This document shows positions 24,166 to 38,484 of a stretch of DNA of 64,000 nt, in pieces (the stretch's first letter is position 1; every line of letters starts with the position of its first letter). The stretch lies in contig NW_024704743.1 in assembly GCF_018977255.1 (NCBI RefSeq), positions 87,608,001 to 87,672,000 of the forward strand, given 5' to 3'. Position numbers and translations under genes: made by a program. The DNA comes from Callorhinchus milii (lineage: Eukaryota). The notes below the pieces were generated by a model that was given only the letters and a program-made list of their open reading frames with translations, was not told the origin of the DNA and searched no databases.

Positions 24166-24644
24166 TGGAAGCTGTACTCATAATTATCCAACACAATATT
24201 TTGGTATTATAGGTCTAGATACCTCTTTGCTCCTATTAAACTGTAATGCAGACAAGCCTGCCCCTCCATGAATGATGTGCAGCATAAAAAGCAAAAAGGA
24301 CTTTCCTTAAGCTATGGCTTAAGGTGAACTGATTTTGAGCTTCTGGTATTAATAAAATAAACACGCCAAATTTCTCATGGACCAATGTCTTAAAATTTAA
24401 GATTGTGCAGAATTTTACAAAATTCTTAAATTTACTCTTAATTTGGAAGCTGATATTTCTAGAGAATTTGCCATTGAATTTGACAGCGAAATGCACAATT
24501 TCAGTCACAAAATGTAAGTGGAAATTAGTGCAGCAATGTCCAATTTGCAAATACTAAATCTCAACCCCTTTTACTCTTTTGTTTCAATCCATTCTTTGTT
24601 TTCTCCATTCATTGACTGTATTGATCTCTCCAGGTAGAATCAGG

Positions 24645-25720
24645 ACAGCAACTTGCATTTATACAATGCCATTTATGTACTGTAATGTCTCAAACATTTT
24701 ACAGGGATGGAGTTGGAAGTTGAATAAGGGAGAGGGGAACCTCTCTGACTGGCTTACTCCCCAAGTCACTATCCGCTGCCTCCGCTCAACTAGCTCTGGC
24801 CTCCTGCATGTCTCTTGTGCCCGGCGTTCTAGCATCAGTGGCCCCACTTTTAGCCACTACACCCCAAAACTCTGGAACATTCTTCCTGCATCCCTCCGCC
24901 TTGCCCCTTCCTTCCCCATTTTCAAGTCACACCTGAAGACCTTCCTCTTCGACTGTGTCTACGGTCACCACCCCCCTCCCCAGGCTTGGAATTGTGCCCC
25001 CCCACTGTAAAGTGCTCCGGGATGCTAGCCCGTGTGAGGAACACTATATAAATGCAAGTTGTTGTTGCTGAAGGGCAGACGGCCATTAGCACATTCAAAG
25101 AAGCAGGGTTTGAGGCAGGCCTTAAAGAACTAAAAGAAAGGGAGCAGAAGAGAATGGTATAGGGAGCTCCAGAGGTTGGTGCTGTAAAATCTGAATACTC
25201 AGCCACTGATGGTGTCATGGAGATGGCGGGGATTATGCATCAAATTTGAGCTAGCTAAGCAGAAGGGGCGAGTTTAAGATTAGGGTAGAAGAAGGTTAGA
25301 GTGATGCCAGGGACTGGCTAGATTCATAGGTGAGAGTGAGGAACTTGAAATTGATCCGCTGGGAGCCAGGGAGACACTGGAGACTGGCGAGGACTGGGGT
25401 GAGGGGCATGTCGAGTTTAGTGCGGATGACAATGAGGCAATAGAATTCTGAACCTCTGGAACTCCCTGCCTCAAGCCCTCCACCTTTTCCCCTCTTTGCC
25501 TGTCTTCAGATTGCGCTTGAAGATTTTCATCTTTGACTGTGCGTACGCTCACCTCCCCTGTCTCTCTCAATTGCACCTTGTAAATGGTGGAGGTAGGGAA
25601 ATCAAGAGAAGTGGTTGAAAATGTCTAAGCGGATTTGACTGCGGCTGGCATACACTTCAAAGCCATCATACATATTGATATAAAGTAGGTAATCTGACTG
25701 TTCACCATAACAGATGACGC
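24645..25720. mobile_element. Cluster of L2 fragments in both orientations (best piece 24740..25066 +, subfamily B)
   Basis: LRSTSSGLL..FSHYTPKLWNILP..FKSHLKTFLF on +, flanked by purine-rich minus-strand L2 pieces. Confidence 0.8.
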
Positions 25721-25744
25721 AGGGTTCGGGAGGGTAATTTTAAA

Positions 25745-25920
25745 TCGGATACCAGGAAGTATTAATTTACGTAGAGCTTAATTAACATTTATCAGGAAAG
25801 ATGGCCAAGAAACTGGACCCATGTAAGAACTAGTTTGATGCTATAAGAGGTAGAAGATAGGAATGGTTTTCAGAATCAATGAGATCAACTGGACCGAAGG
25901 ACCATATTCAGTTTTGTGAA
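25745..25920 (+). mobile_element. Degraded CR1 3' end
   Basis: TTTAAGAA-like end, GGACCGAAGGACCATATTC resembles the CR1 3' UTR. Confidence 0.5.
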
Positions 25921-26007
25921 CTATTTTAGACCAGGAAAAGATGGATACAATAACCATTAATCAGCAAACATCTAAACAATAACATGATGGGATAAACTAT
26001 CCCTCCC

Positions 26008-26320
26008 CTGTAGCTCAGTGGTTAGAACACTCACTTTGCAAATGAGACAACTGGGTTCAATTCCAGGCAGGGCGAAACCTTGGGCAAGTTTCCTTACTCC
26101 ACACGCCTAATAATAATCCCTCCAAAAAACAAAACAATAATAAATTGGTCATTTTCAATCCACAACTGTTTGTGGGACACTGCTGTGTGCAACTGGCTGC
26201 TGTGTTTCGCCCACAAATGTACAGTTAATTCACTTTACAGTATATTCTGTGAAGTGCATTGAGACGTCCAGAAGATGTGAAAAGCGCTATATCAAATGCA
26301 AGGATTATTATTATTATTAT
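26008..26320 (+). mobile_element. tRNA-derived SINE, short form
   Basis: A/B boxes, family body, (ATT)n tail. Confidence 0.93.
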
Positions 26321-26809
26321 AAGCCATAGGCAAATAATTCCACTCACCTTATATCTCCTTTATAAATGCCAATTAACTGTTTAGGAGTCCCAAGTGATGC
26401 ATGCACAATATATGCAGTACAAGTATTATCTTCAATAAATAATCAATAAAGATTATTGTTATTGTGCATATACTACAACAAAAATGAACTCAATTGTAAT
26501 GACAAAGATCATTTCTATTGTACAGAGCTTATGCTCCTACTAATTTAAAGTTTGTTATAAGTGTAACAAACACTTAAGATATTCTACTTTTGTAACTCAT
26601 CATTAAATGCTAACAAAATCTTCCCTTCAGCTAGAGCTTTGTACTTAAAGTTAAAATCTTATAACCGAATATTTCTGAATATAAATTCAAACTAATATTC
26701 TATCTATAATGGTTTTATTCATTACCTGTAAACTGAATGATATGATTTCTCTACCGCTTATTATATGAATTTTTTTTTGAAACTTAGTACTTTGTATTTT
26801 CACAGCACT

Positions 26810-27495
26810 CAGCCTGACTCAGTTAGGAGCATTTTTGCTTCTGAGTCAGAAGTTTATGGGTTCCAATCCCATATCAGGACTTTATTTTGAATTCCTTCAA
26901 AATAACTAATAATAAATTGGTCACTCAATCTATGACTCTTTGTGGGACACTGCTGTGCTCAATTGGTTGCCGCGTTTCGCCCACAAAATATAATTATATG
27001 CAATTGGCTACTGCGTTTTGCACTCAAACTATAATTATAATATTAATAATATATTTCACCCACAAAATATACAGTCAATTCACTCTACAGTATATTTGTG
27101 AAGCACTTTGAGACATCTCAAAAACATGATAAGGCGCCATATCAAATGCAATGATTATTATTATTATTATTGAGCTAACAGTTTAGGCTCACAGTCCAGT
27201 GCAGTACTGGGGGAGCACTGTATGATCAAGGTGCCTTCCTTAGGATGAGAAACTGATGTCCCGTTTGCCTGTTGAGGTGGATTCTAAAGGTACTATGCGA
27301 AAAGAGTTTTTCCTGCTATCCTGGCCAACAGTTCCCCAGATATAATTGGTCACTTCATGACTGGTGGGACATTGTTATGTGTAAATTAGCTGCTGTGTTT
27401 GCCTACAAATCACACAGTCATGACATTTTGAAATAAATCCTGTGAACGTTTTGAGATTCAACGACATGATAAAACGCTATATCAAATGCAAGATA
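26810..27495 (+). mobile_element. Old Deu SINE split by a younger SINE 3' part (~26890..27171)
   Basis: Head CTCAGTTAGGAGCA..CTGAGTCAGAAG..GGGTTCCAATCCC; Deu body resumes after the (ATT)n tail. Confidence 0.75.
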
Positions 27496-28029
27496 CCCAT
27501 ACCTTCTGTATAAAATGGCACAAATTCTGTGCCAAATTACAATTAATGAACATGTGAAGGGCTTTAAATATTGTAAACTATTCCATTATGATCAGATGTA
27601 TGAGCAGAGAAAACCTAATATTTTATTCCCAATAAATAAATATTCATTTTAAATGAACAACTGTTGTTACAATCACATTTTTCATTTAACAGCAATTGAC
27701 TGTATCTTTTAATCTCAAACATTGACCTTGTTTTATATAAGTGCTTTAATTGGAATCAATATGGGTATTTAACTAGAATCGATTTAAATAAACATTTAGA
27801 GAAAGAATGTGTTGGAAGGCTCATATAACGTAATTTAGTTTTCTTTTACAAAAAGACAGTATTATCCATATAATATTTGAAAGCTGGAAATGTGTATTCA
27901 GTATTTATAATATTTTTGGCTATAGTTCGCCCCTCTGTTGAGAAGGCATGATAAACATTATTTTTCTGCTCCTTTCCACTTCTTTATATATTTCTTATAA
28001 TTTTATTTTTCCTTTATAATCTATTTACT

Positions 28030-28403
28030 GGGAGATGTTGCATTGTTGGCAGTGCTGACCTTCAAATGAGACATTAAACCAAGTTCCTATCTGCCTTTGT
28101 AGGTGGATGTTGAAGATTCCACTTCACTGTTCAAAAGTAGAAGCGAATCTATGCCACTGGACCACAATCCCCCAAATAAGATTGGTCACTCATTCCATGG
28201 CTGTTTGTGGAATATGGTTGCTTGCGAATTGGTTGCTGCATTCACACACAAAATACGTATAACTTTTCAACAACACAAACACAATTACATTTGTAAAGCG
28301 CTTTTCACGTCGGGAGGATGTCTTTAGTGTATCCTGTGAAATACTTTGAGACATCGTGACTATGTGATAAGGTGCTATATCAATTGCAAAGATTATTATT
28401 ATT
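28030..28403 (+). mobile_element. Old Deu-domain SINE
   Basis: GAGACATTAAACCAAG..AGGTGGATGTTGAAGAT..GGCTGTTTGTGG..tail. Confidence 0.8.
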
Positions 28404-28409
28404 GTATAC

Positions 28410-28997
28410 TGTCTGTTTCAACCACTGCTTTGGGCAGTGAATGCCACATTCTTACCACGCTCTGTGTGAAAAAGTTCCTCCTAAGTTCTCTTTTAGATCC
28501 CCTAGTTGCTATCTTATACTTGTGCCCCTGTTATCAAGTGCTCATGTCACTACCCTGCATGAGGGGCACTATATAAATACTATATAAATACAAGTTCTTG
28601 TTGTTATTGTTTCTGTTATGGAAACCCCAACAGATGGGACACTTGTTTATGCTAACCTAATGGAACCGTTTAATAATTTTAAACTCCTCTATTAGGTTCC
28701 CTCTCAAATGTCTCATCTCCAGCAAACAAATGCTTAACCTATCCAGTTTATCCTGATAGCAGTAACCTGCCAGCCCTGGAACTCCTTCCCAAAGCCCCTT
28801 TGACTCGTCCCATCCCTTGCCTCCATCAAGGTCTGTCTCAAGACTTACCTCTTTAACTGTACTTTCGGTCATCTTCTCCCCCCACTCCCCATCCCGCCAG
28901 CTCCCACCCACAGCTCAGGTGCAAACACTAGACTGTCCAGCGCCTTGGGATGTCCTCCTGATGTAAAAGGTGGTATTTAATTGTAAATATGTGTTGT
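28410..28997. mobile_element. Interleaved CR1 (-) and L2 (+) 3' fragments
   Basis: CR1: TTLCVKKF on + strand, RHLRGNLIEEFKII on - strand; L2 tails end at ~28610 and ~28997. Confidence 0.75.
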
Positions 28998-30242
28998 GTA
29001 TGGCATTGTATCATTCTCGTAAATTTACGATGTATTCTTTCCATCGCTGCTGTAAGGTTATATGACATAACATATTCTAAACTTAGAACATTGATTATAT
29101 AAAAGGTTACATGACATAAAACATTATAAAGCAGAAACACCATCAGCACTAACCAATGAATAAACTTTATAAGGCAATTTATGTAAACAGATTTTGAACA
29201 ATAGCTTTTTCTTTCAGATGTATTGAAATGACAAATTATGTTATTACCTGAATGGAAGATTATTATTGAAAAATGTACTTTGCGATTCAAATGGATGTTT
29301 CAGAATGCAATTTTACTGTTAGTGTTAGACAGTGTTTTTTTTACAATTCTCCATATAGCGGAATCAGTTTTAATTTTGAAAGCTGATGGAGAATTTAAAC
29401 TTGAGGAATAAATCCGAATAATTCCCCAAATAATACATATGAAGCAATAATCTTGGTTGACCTACAATTGGTTTATGGATTTAAGGTGATAGAAATTGTG
29501 TATTTTTGTATTAATGTATTTTGCACTTGTGAGGCAACATATGTAGGAATACAGATCTATAACAAAGAGAAATATCTGATGAAATCGCCCCACGTGGTAT
29601 TTGAGGTTGAGAAAAGACTAGAGAAATGGTATTGTGGTCCACTCCTTCCTAGGTTGGAATCTGGAAACCCAAAGCAGGTTCTAGGTGCCCATTTGCTTCC
29701 CAGCCACACCACTGATCTTTGAAAAAGGCTTCTCCTTAAGCTTTGGGCTTCCTGATTCTTTGCCTAGTGATGGGCAGGAAGGGGATGTCCGTCAGATGGA
29801 TCTCACCCAGGTCTCACCACATGCTATCACATAATAACGTTGATGATGATGGTGTGCTCCTGCTACTCCTCCCATGAATACAGTTCCAGAAGAATCATTG
29901 GAATTGGAATCATTCCAGATTGAAAGCTAAAGATCATAGGGTTACCACAGTCTTTGGTTTATCGTTGCACAAAACAGCTTGAAGGACACCACCGTGTATG
30001 AAAGGAAACATGCATAATAGGCAAGAGGAAACTTGAAGTAAACTGATAAAATACAAGATTCTGACTAGTTTTAGTCAGAAAATATACTGCAAAAAACTCG
30101 GATGATTAGATCACTATTCCATCAACCCTAGACCTGCTTAGCTATTCATTGATAACAGTAAGAATTCTGCTAACCAGCACTGTTTCAAGTAACTGACATA
30201 CAGCACAAATTGATTTATAGAGAGCCAGTTCACATAGATATA

Positions 30243-30335
30243 TAGACAATATTCTCAATGGCAAGCTATGCAGTTTTAGTTGGTTAGACTCCAGCAGTAT
30301 CCCATTGCATATTCTGGGCTCCCAAGCCTGCTCTC
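30243..30335 (+). repeat. Unclassified interspersed repeat, copy 2 of 5
   Basis: TCAATGGCAAGCTATGCAGTTTTAGTTGG...CCAGCAGTATCCCA...CTGGGCTCCCAAGCCT. Confidence 0.8.
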
Positions 30336-30369
30336 ATTAATGAGTATCTAACATTCTCGTATGCAAACC

Positions 30370-30990
30370 CAGCCAGGTGGGAGGTTGGGAGGGTAATAGA
30401 CAGGTGCCCGAACATATGATAGAACAGGTAGGTATTTAGAAGGGTTTTGAAGACAGCGGGAAGATATGAGGATGCGAGGTAGAGAGATTTTGGGAGTGAG
30501 TGAGCTGCAAACTTGGCTAATATGCTGAGGCTGAGGGTGGAGGGTAAACTGCTCTCCCCCAGACTTTTCCCACACAATTTCAGATGGTAGTCTCAATTTA
30601 AAACTAATTTTAATGCTGAAAATCCACATTCAGTGCTATAGAAGAATTAAGTTGATTTGCTCTTGCAAGAAAATTTGTCTCCGATAAGGCAGTCTTGAGG
30701 AGGACAGGAGGATGGAGTGCCAAAGATGGTGGTTGAGATTGAGGAAGATGATCACACTTCAGGAGGGAGTCAATACAATATGATATAACTTACATTTATA
30801 TAGCATCTTTCATGTTAGAAGGATGGCTCAAAGTCATTCACACAATTGACTGAGCACCTAAGATGGAGGATGGGAGAAGCTGGGGGTGGTGGGCAGGGTA
30901 GAATGATGACCAAAAGCTCTGTCAAAGCGATAGGTATAGCGATTTAAGAGACAGGGTAGTTCTTAATGAAGGCTTTAATAAGTGGAGCTT
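30370..30990 (-). mobile_element. Degraded L2 fragments
   Basis: FKTLLNTYLF-like frame; reverse-complement stem-loop tail at ~30785..30845. Confidence 0.65.
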
Positions 30991-31439
30991 GAGGTGCTGA
31001 TGTCGAGGTACTATCTGCAATCCATCATTAGCTAAACCTTAAAGAACTGTAGCTAGTTTGTGATATTCCAGAAAGCACTACCAAATGCCAAAAACATTAC
31101 CCCACTAAGAATAAAAAATGTATAGATCTTACAAAAATACTTGGTATAATATTGATACTGTCCTTGGGAATGCCATTATCTCATTTAGTGACTACTGAGC
31201 TATATTATATCATATTTACCAACTTGTATCACCTGTTATTGGACCAATTTTGTTCTCTATCTTGTTCCCTTGATTTGAACAGTGGATTCCTGAAAAAAAA
31301 ATACTGAACTCTAAATGGATTCCTTGTTTTAACAATTCAAATCTAACAGTGGGATCAATCATTTGTTAATTGAAGTTTTTCATCTCTGTTAACTGTTCAG
31401 CATCTCCCAATTGTTGTATGGAGTGATTCCTATGCCATA

Positions 31440-31990
31440 AATCTTAGGTAATAGAAGTGATTTACGATAACACCGAGAATGTCTCAAAGAACTTCACAAT
31501 GTTCCTGTAAAACGTGAATGCTGTGTATCTGTGCGCAATTGGCTGCCGCGTTCGCCCACAAATATACAGTCAATTCACTTTACAGTGTGTTCTGTGAAGC
31601 GCTTTGGGATGTCCTCCCGACGTGAAAAGCGCTATATCAAATGCAAGGATTATTATTATTATTATTTTTATTATCTACAAGCAAACACTGCAGCTAGTTT
31701 GCACACAGCAGTATCCCACAAGCAGTCGTGAAGTGAATTTATCTGAAGGATTGTAAGTCAGGGCATTGAGATAATCTCTCGTCACTTTTAGAATAATGCC
31801 CTGGGATCTTTAACATCTACCTTAAAATCCAGAAAGGGCCTTGGTTTAATGTTTCATCTGAAGAATGGCACCTCTGACAATACACTATTCCACTGGAATG
31901 TCAGCCCAAGCTATGATCTTAAATTCTTGACTTAGGGCTTGAACCCACAACCTTCTAACCCAGAGGTGAAAGTGAGACCAACAGAGTCAA
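31440..31990 (-). mobile_element. Old Deu SINE (-) containing a 5'-truncated young SINE (+, 31531..31671, TSD TATCT)
   Basis: Deu reverse-complement motifs on both sides; TATCT at 31526..31530 and 31672..31676. Confidence 0.85.
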
Positions 31991-32777
31991 TAATGTGTTT
32001 GTTCTCAGAACCTGGTTACCAACTTTGCTTTCAAGTATTCCTCTTATATTACCTCAATTCTTTCTTCACCTACTGGAGTGCTTTTGAAAACTTGTTCAGT
32101 GAGTTTTGTTTTTGGTGGAGTTTAAATGGACTCAGTGGAGTACTGGTATTTGAATTGTTGCCATACACTATCCATTCACCATAGGACGTCTGAAGAAGCA
32201 TTTGGAAGACAGTGGGAAGATCAGGAAGGCTGATTTTAAGTACTGAAGAAGTGTCTCTCCTGTGTCTACTATAGATAGCCATTACAGCATAAAATTGTCT
32301 CCTAAGATGATAGTTCTATCGTCTTACCAGTATGACTTTTTTCTGACTGTGAAAGCAATTATACTATAAAGGAAAGCTTATATATCATTGCTACAATTCC
32401 ACTGACAAAAATATACTTCAACATAAATGGCATCATTCACTTTTCTTCACCAGTAAGTGAATTCTATTCTGTGCCGCTATCCTGCATCAATAACCTTTGA
32501 CATTACTAGTGCTATGACAAGATAAGATCGGACTCCTAACAGCATCTTGTATCTAACCATCTACAATCTTCAAATATCCATGCAAAATATTCAGTAAGCA
32601 TTGCCTTTGGTTTACTATTTCTCCATTTTAGGAATATTACAATATCATTCAGAGAATGGAATGACTTAACAATCAAATAAAATAAAATAATATTCTTACA
32701 CTGATTAATTTCATAAATTCTTATTTGAGATCTTATTTTATTAGTTAATTTTGCAAGAAGCCATTATTACATTTAAT

Positions 32778-33500
32778 AGAATAATAGTAATAATCCTTGG
32801 ATTTGATATAGCACTTTTCCATGTCAGGAATATGTCTCAAAATGATTTACTGTAGTGACTGTGCATTTTGTAGGCGAATGTGGCAGCCAATTTGCACACA
32901 TTAATGTTCCATAAACAGCCATGAATTGAATGATCAATTTTATCTGGGTAATTGTTAGTCAGCAATAAGGTTTTATTATCTGCACATCTCTATTTAATTG
33001 GCAATATATTTAGTTTTTTTAATAATATAATATTTATCTGCATATCACTTTTATGGGTTGATACTTGCCTAGCTCAGTTGATAGCACTCTTGCTTCTCAG
33101 TCCTGAAGTGCTGGATTCCACCACCACTTTGGGACTTGGAACACTCCAATGGAGCACTGAGTGTGCAGCAATGTTGGAGGTGTCGTCTGGATGAGACATT
33201 AAACTGAGATTCCATCTGTTTCAATACCAAACATACAGTTTAATCCACTCTGCACGTTCAGGTGGATGTTAAAGATCCCATATTTAAAAAGAGAAGGGAA
33301 TTTCTCCCGGAGATTTGGCCAACAATTCCTCGATATTCATTTCATGTCTGTTTGTGGGACAGTGCTGTGCACAAACTGGCTGTCGCATTTACCCATACAA
33401 ATACACAGTAACTAAGCTTTACAGTATATCCTGTAAGGAGTTTTGAGATGTCCTTCTGACGTGAAAGGCGCTATACCGAATGTAAAAATTATTATAATAT
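32778..33500. mobile_element. Two Deu SINE relics (32778..32960 -, 33065..33500 +)
   Basis: Deu motifs and L2-type tails. Confidence 0.8.
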
Positions 33501-33821
33501 TTTAATCCTTCTAATGCCTTTGTCTGATCGTATACTGATTTCCCATTATCTTTGGTTAATTAGAATTTGGACTTTCTCTTGCACTTAGCTGGTATACTAA
33601 GAAAACTAAGAGAAATAACTCAATGACATCTTCTATCTTGTTCAGTTCGTGTTTCATCTTGTTCATTTAATTAACTTGTCCAGTTCATTACATAGAGTTT
33701 TTTGATCTACACACTGTGCAATTAAGTGCCCACTTGACCAGTTTTGCATACAACAAACCATTTGAAGGGTGAAAGCATTACTAAGAGAACACATAAAACA
33801 CATCAATTAAATAAGTTGTGT

Positions 33822-34147
33822 TATTTATAATAATAATAATAATGGTCTTTGCATTTGATACAGTGCTTTTCATGTCTTCTAGATGTCTCAAAGCGCTTCA
33901 CAGAATAGGTTGTAAAGTGAATTGACTGCATATTTGTGGGCGAAATGCGGCAGCCAATTGCGCACAGCAGTGTCCACAAACAGTCGTGGATTGAAGTGAC
34001 CAAATTATTACTATTTTCTATTTTAAGGGATTATTATCAGGCGTGTGGAGTAAGGAAACTTTCCCAAGGTTACGCCCTGCCGGGAATCGAACCCAGGTCT
34101 CTCACTTGCAACGCAAGTGCTCTATCCACTGAGCTACAGGATTCCAC
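33822..34147 (-). mobile_element. tRNA-derived SINE, short form
   Basis: Reverse complement of the family sequence. Confidence 0.93.
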
Positions 34148-35444
34148 ATTTGACCAGCGTATCATTTCTCAAGTTTTGTGAACATAGTTTGTTTTTTGTG
34201 AATCTCATATTTGCAAAGTTTCCTCATAATTAGCCAGCTCCGATGCGTAACTTATACTTATTAACATTTAGAGCACCCTGTGAATCATTATATCAAACTC
34301 ATTGGACATTCGACCAAATCCCAATCAATGAGTATCATTATATATTGCAGGTTTGGGAAGAAAGTGGGGGGTGGGGAGAAATACAACAACAACAACAATT
34401 AGCATTTATATAGTGCCTTTAATGTGAAGAGGAAGTCTCAAAGTGCTTTACTTAGCTGAATGGGCTTGTCAATAAACATCACTCAATTGTCAATAAAATA
34501 CAGAAAAATACATTCAAATATGGTGTATTTTGAATATTGTGATTGTGTTAAGGATAAGTGTACCTCATTCCAAATGATCCAATTATCTATAATAATAATA
34601 ACCATTGGATGTCATATAATTATTGTTGACCAAGTTACTGGAAGGAACTCCGTTCTCCCGTTTTATAGTGCAATTGAATCTTTAACATCCACCTAAACAG
34701 ATAGCTTATCTGAACAACTCACCTCCGACATCGCAGTGGAGCATCAGCGTGAGTTGAAAGTCCTAATGTGTGGCTTGAACAACCTTTAGATGCAGAGCCA
34801 AGAGAACTCCCGACTGAGGCAGGCTGACAGGCCTGAGCTAGATTGTAACAGAATAAATGACAATGAGCCAAAAATCATTCGTGTGAAATGCATAAATATT
34901 TGTCTAAAGCTAATCCTTTATTGCATCCATGTATAATTCTTATCCATACATTGATTCTTTGATACATTGTCTCAAATCCTAACAGTAATAACTAGGTCCT
35001 GATTCTGTTGCTCACTCCTCTTGCAAGAGTGTCTCCTTTATGTCATTGATAGGGTAGTGCTGAGTGCTTGAGGGGATAAGGATTGAATGCGGTGTTCAAT
35101 ATCAAGGGATTATGTGTTATCTATTTAATAAAGTCCCTATGTTAGGTTACAAGGAAAGTGTAAATATAGAATTCTATGGTATCCTTGTAGTCTTGGATTA
35201 TGGATACTGTAAAGTAATGGAACTACCCAAAGAAAACCTTAACATAAAGACAAACAAGGATGTCATCATTTAACTAACACTTGCATGGGAAGGGCATGAT
35301 ACTGAGCTATATTTTCAACTGAGTTATCTTCCGAATCAAAAAATATTGTTTACTTTTTAAAAGGGTTATATGTAAAAAGATTCTGAATTGGGATTCTTCT
35401 TGAATGGAGAGAACACTTCAAGGGACACCTGGAAATGCTCGGTT

Positions 35445-35910
35445 TTGGGATAAAATCGGTCACTCACTTCTTAGCTGTTTGTGGGACATTGCTTTGTGCA
35501 ATTGGCGGCCATATTTGATTACATCTTACACAGTCACTACACTTTACAATAATGCATGTGAAGCACTTTGTGATGTTCTCCCGATGTGAAAGGCACAATA
35601 ACAAATGCAAGGATTATTTTATTATTTTATGATAGAAACATTAGTAAATATGATGCTATATAGACATTAAGTGAATGTCTATACTGAGGTGAGTATTACA
35701 TCGTTGTGATGTGATGATTTACACCGAAAACAAAAATCCTTCAGATTAATTGTTCAATCACTTTGTCTGTCTATGGAACCTTGTTGGCACAAATGGCTGC
35801 AGTGTTTATGTACAAAAAATTAAAACATTAATACTTAATACTAATTATTGTGAAGAGCTTTGAGATGTTTCACTGTGATGAGGCACTATCAAAATGCACA
35901 TTCTTTTTTT
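35445..35910 (+). mobile_element. Two Deu SINE 3' relics (35445..35628, 35740..35910)
   Basis: GCTGTTTGTGGGACATTGCT..., TGTGAAG..CTTTG.GATGT...AGGCAC tails. Confidence 0.7.
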
Positions 35911-37126
35911 CCTCACACCTCCACAAAGGTCACACAAAACAATGAGGGAAATAATCTGGCGAGAGATTGCCCGGAAATGTAATGCTGTTTCTCAGGTCTA
36001 AATGTCTGGTTGTTATTCAAGTGTTGTTCAATGAGTCTGAAAGGCTTGCTAACAGGACTCAGAGGTCAACCTAATGTAGTTCGGTCATCCTTGGCAATCG
36101 TTCTTTATAGTAATAACTTACATTTACATAGTGCCTTTCACATAAGATAAATATCCCAAAGAACTTTACAAAATATAATTGATTGGAAATGAAAGTGAAT
36201 GTTGTTATTTTGGCAAATTGTTTCCAAAGGACTGGGTCAATGGTTTCTAGGGTAGAGGGACATGTTGGTCAGCAAGGGAGATTTCAGTAAGGAGATTGGT
36301 CATCCATCCTATGTCCATTACTTACTGAAACTAGAGTACAGTAAATAGTTCATAAAACAGATGCATTCACTTAAAGAAATAGATAAGTACATTTAAGAAT
36401 CTATACTTCACATTGTTTAAATTAAGCAACATCATATTTATGTTGACTACTATATTGCTGTAATCAGCTGTATACTGTCATCTGATACACTTGCAGTGAA
36501 TGAACCAAAACTCTTTATGCTTCTGTAAAAAGTGCTGAAAGCAACTATCCTCCTGTCCTCATGAATTGCAGTCTGATACTTTTAGGACTTGGCTCCCCTC
36601 CCCCTTTTCATTACCGAGTTCAGCTGGAATGCTGGATGGACACAGCTGGAAGGAGCAAACTCAATTTATTGAGACACAGAAAGCACACTCAGTCCACACG
36701 TCACTCACAAAATAGACAACAATCAGCACTAGGCAATCTTTCCCCAGCTTCTTTTTCCTCATTGTTCTGTGGGATCTTTATGATGGTGGCAAATAGGTAG
36801 GTGGGTGGGGGGGGCAGAAAGAGTACATTTATATATCAAGCAATTACTATCAAGTGTAGCGACTGTTTTTTGTAGGCAAACGCTGTCACTCTCGATCAAA
36901 AAATAAGTATTTGATACAAGATGCATTTAAAACAAATCATATTATTTCCAAGATGTTTTTGAGCAATNAAAAAGGACACAAACTTATCTCACCCAGTATC
37001 TTGTAGCGAAGCATTGAGGTAATGATAAAATGATATCATTTTGAATCTGTTATGAAATGTCCCAATTTCCCCTACCCCCAATATAGTATTCAATTCGATT
37101 CAGTTGGATCTCGAAGATCAAAATAT

Positions 37127-37315
37127 TAATAATAATAATCTTGCATTTAATATGGCGCCTTATCACATCTTCTAGATGTCTCAAAGCGCTTCACAGAATA
37201 TACTGTATAATGAATTGACCATATATTTTGTGAGCAAAGGTCGGCAGCCAATTGCGCACTGCAGTGCTCTGCAAGCAGTCGTGGATTGAGTGACCAAAAT
37301 TATTATTATATTATT
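37127..37315 (-). mobile_element. SINE 3' half
   Basis: Reverse complement of Deu 3' block and (ATT)n. Confidence 0.85.
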
Positions 37316-38240
37316 CACTATAATATCTGAAGATGTTATGAAAAACAAGCTGAGACAGCATTGCTCATGATGTTCAATAAAATTAAAAGCAAATTACTTT
37401 AGAATTCACACAGTGAAGAGAAATATTGTTTTTGTAACTGCACGTTTTGCTCAGAAAAGTAAAATTGTCAAAATAAATGTCAATGACTGTGTCTGTCAAT
37501 GACATGATGCACTATGTGTGTTGCACCTTAACACCATAAAACCTTGTTTTCAAATGTGCTTCCTTAACATTATTGAAACAATCCAATAGTGAAATCTTAA
37601 GCCAGTCTTGATTTTTTATGCCACTGGTTACAATTCATTTTGCTTAGCTGGGTGTTTAAATACCTTAAGGCAAAGGTTATCACACATTACTGATTATAAT
37701 GCAGATCTTATTCGTTCTAGTTGATTATTTTCTGCAGAAGGAAATTACACCCAGCTAACTGAATTACATGGAAACTATGACCCATGGAGATGCTTTATAA
37801 GGACAAATGTTACACATGATATATGGCACAAATAAGTTCCTTACACAGTCATTCAAAATCCATCGCAAAGTAATCACTTAGAAGTAACAGCTTGAAGCAT
37901 TCTAGAGGTCATATAGCATTTGAAATTAATTCACAGGGGTCTAATAGAGCATGATCAACAAGATAGCGTAAATGTAACTGAATCAATATATAATAAAGTT
38001 TACAATCACTGCAAGATCAATAATTGATGACAGGAGGGTAAAATAATTTTTTTTTGCATTACTGTTCACAACTAATGAATTTTTCTTATAAAAGGAAGGG
38101 TCGCATTTATGTCCTTTTAATGTGTTCTAAGCTATCTGTTCTCCACCTTGTATCACGAAAGGTCACAGACACAGCTCTGTTAAGGTCCAGGTTTTGACTC
38201 GAGCAAATTGCAGCCATTTCTGAAACAGCTGTGTGGACCC

Positions 38241-38253
38241 GTTGCTAGGCGAC
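38241..38253. promoter_or_regulatory. Candidate RFX X-box in a locally CpG-richer non-repeat patch
   Basis: GTTGCTAGGCGAC versus X-box consensus GTTGCYAGGCAAC. Confidence 0.45.
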
Positions 38254-38484
38254 GAGGCACTTCACTTTGGTACTACTGATTAAACAGAATAGTGTAAATG
38301 TTCTCAGCGCAAACCATTAAACGCAGGCGCTAATGTTTTGCGCATTGAGCAACAAAAACAAAAAAAAGTCAATTAACAATCCATTGCTGATATAATGCGA
38401 GGAGAAAATAACTAAAATGAATTTAAAAAAACGAAAGCCTTGTTTGTTCTCAGATTTAACCGCTTTGCTGCCACGAAGTGTCAA

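Noticed and set aside
24305..24324. Short perfect hairpins (also 30059..30080 and ~59139..59158)
   Set aside because: 8-9-bp stems are expected a few times by chance in 64 kb.
36968..36968. Single ambiguous base n
   Set aside because: Assembly ambiguity with no biological meaning; flanks show nothing distinctive.
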